Below are positions 39,337 through 40,349 of a stretch of 40,349 bases of DNA, one piece after another. The translations under genes were made by a program, and so were the position numbers. Each line of letters opens with the position of its first letter. Position 1 is the first letter of the stretch. The stretch spans positions 1 to 40,349 of the forward strand of contig SLJS01000146.1 of NCBI GenBank assembly GCA_007135015.1, in the 5' to 3' direction. The DNA is from Alcanivorax sp. Lineage in GTDB: Bacteria; Pseudomonadota; Gammaproteobacteria; Pseudomonadales; Alcanivoracaceae. The notes below the pieces were generated by a model. It was not told the origin of the DNA, made no database searches, and saw nothing but the letters and a program-made list of their open reading frames with translations.

Positions 39337-40349
39337 CGACACCGGTTGCAGAGCTTCGTGCACAGTTCCCGCTGCTGAACCGCGAGGTCAACGGCAAGCC
39401 GCTGGTGTATCTGGACAACGCCGCCACCACCCAGAAGCCGGAGGCAGTGCTGGCGGCGCTGGATCACTATTACCGCGAGCTCAACAGCAATGTGCATCGC
39501 GGCGCCCACTACATCAGTGACCAGGCCACCGCCGCGTTCGAGGGCGCCCGGGAAACCGTGGCGCACCTGCTCAATGCCTCGCGCGAGGAAATCATCTGGA
39601 CCCGGGGCACCACCGAGTCCATCAACCTGGTGGCAAACAGTTACGGCCGCGAGAACCTGCGCCCTGGCGATGAAGTGCTGATCACGGAAATGGAGCATCA
39701 TTCCAACATCGTGCCCTGGCAGCTGATCTGCGAGGCCACCGGCGCACAGCTCAGGGTGGTGCCGGTACTCGACGACGGCAGTCTCGACCAGCGGGCCTTC
39801 CGGGAAATGCTGTCGGAGAAGACGCGGATCTTTGCCGTCACCCAGGTGTCCAATTCCCTGGGCACGGTGAACCCGGTGGCCGAGATGATCGCGGCGGCCC
39901 GTGAAACCGGTGCGGTGACCCTGGTCGACGGCGCCCAGGCAGTCTCGCATTTTCCGGTGGATGTACAGCAGATGGGCTGTGACTTCTATGCGTTCTCCGG
40001 TCACAAGGTCTTCGGCCCCACCGGCATCGGCGTGCTCTACGGCCGCCGTGAACTGCTCGAGGCAATGCCCCCGTATCACGGCGGCGGCGAGATGATCGAA
40101 ACCGTGACCTTCGAGCGCAGCACCTGGAACGAGCTGCCCTACAAGTTCGAGGCGGGCACGCCCAATATCGCCGGCGCCATCGGCCTGGGCACGGCCATCG
40201 AATGGCTGCAGGCACAGGATCGCGAGGCACTGGCCCGGCACGAGGCCGCCCTGCTGGAGCAGGCCACTGGCCGGGCCCGGGAGTTTCCCGGCTTGAAAAT
40301 CATCGGCGACGCCCCGAACAAGGTCTCAGTGCTGTCCTTCCTGCTGGAA
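39333..40349 (+). CDS. sufS: cysteine desulfurase SufS (class V aminotransferase, group II); the 3' end lies outside the window
   Basis: Hand translation gives [36 protein letters not shown]...NVHRGAHY...[11 protein letters not shown]...HHSNIVPW...[17 protein letters not shown] (PLP lysine). The frame is open to the window end. Confidence 0.9.
   Translation, partial: [339 protein letters not shown]

Overview
A 40.3-kb window of high-GC DNA (GC estimated by eye in the mid-60s %), dense with genes. It looks like a gammaproteobacterial chromosome. The minus-strand block ndk-rlmN-pilW-rodZ-ispG-hisS-yfgM-bamB-der is the conserved gammaproteobacterial arrangement. A Chromatiales or Ectothiorhodospiraceae-like origin is only a guess.

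I support 36 CDS. Housekeeping genes are ribA, guaBA, xseA, the ndk-to-der block and sufBCDS.

Accessory modules are:
- a napE-napA-napB-napC periplasmic nitrate reductase operon with no napD;
- an AraC-type regulator divergent from an operon of an ACAD-like protein, an acyl-CoA dehydrogenase and an acetoacetate-decarboxylase-like protein;
- an exported MsrB/MsrA pair convergent with a DoxX/HtrA-like pair;
- a complete AmmeMemoRadiSam trio (amrS, amrB, amrA);
- an operon of a TonB-dependent receptor, a periplasmic binding-protein-like protein and a hybrid histidine kinase.

I saw no rRNA, tRNA, CRISPR array, transposase, integrase or recognisable defence genes.

The most unusual signal is non-coding. 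Almost every larger intergenic gap holds 6-7-nt tandem arrays of the type GGCAAGG, GGTCAGT, GGCGAGT, GTGGTCG and GGGTCG. They lie next to stop codons, and seven of the eight arrays are G-rich on the sense strand of the gene that ends there. Several contain canonical G-quadruplex motifs. In one convergent gap, inverted arrays form a hairpin of about 130 nt. Two gaps carry the same modular mosaic of about 0.45 kb: hairpin leader, heptamer arrays, then REP-like palindromes.

All family calls come from motif recognition by eye. No database search was run.
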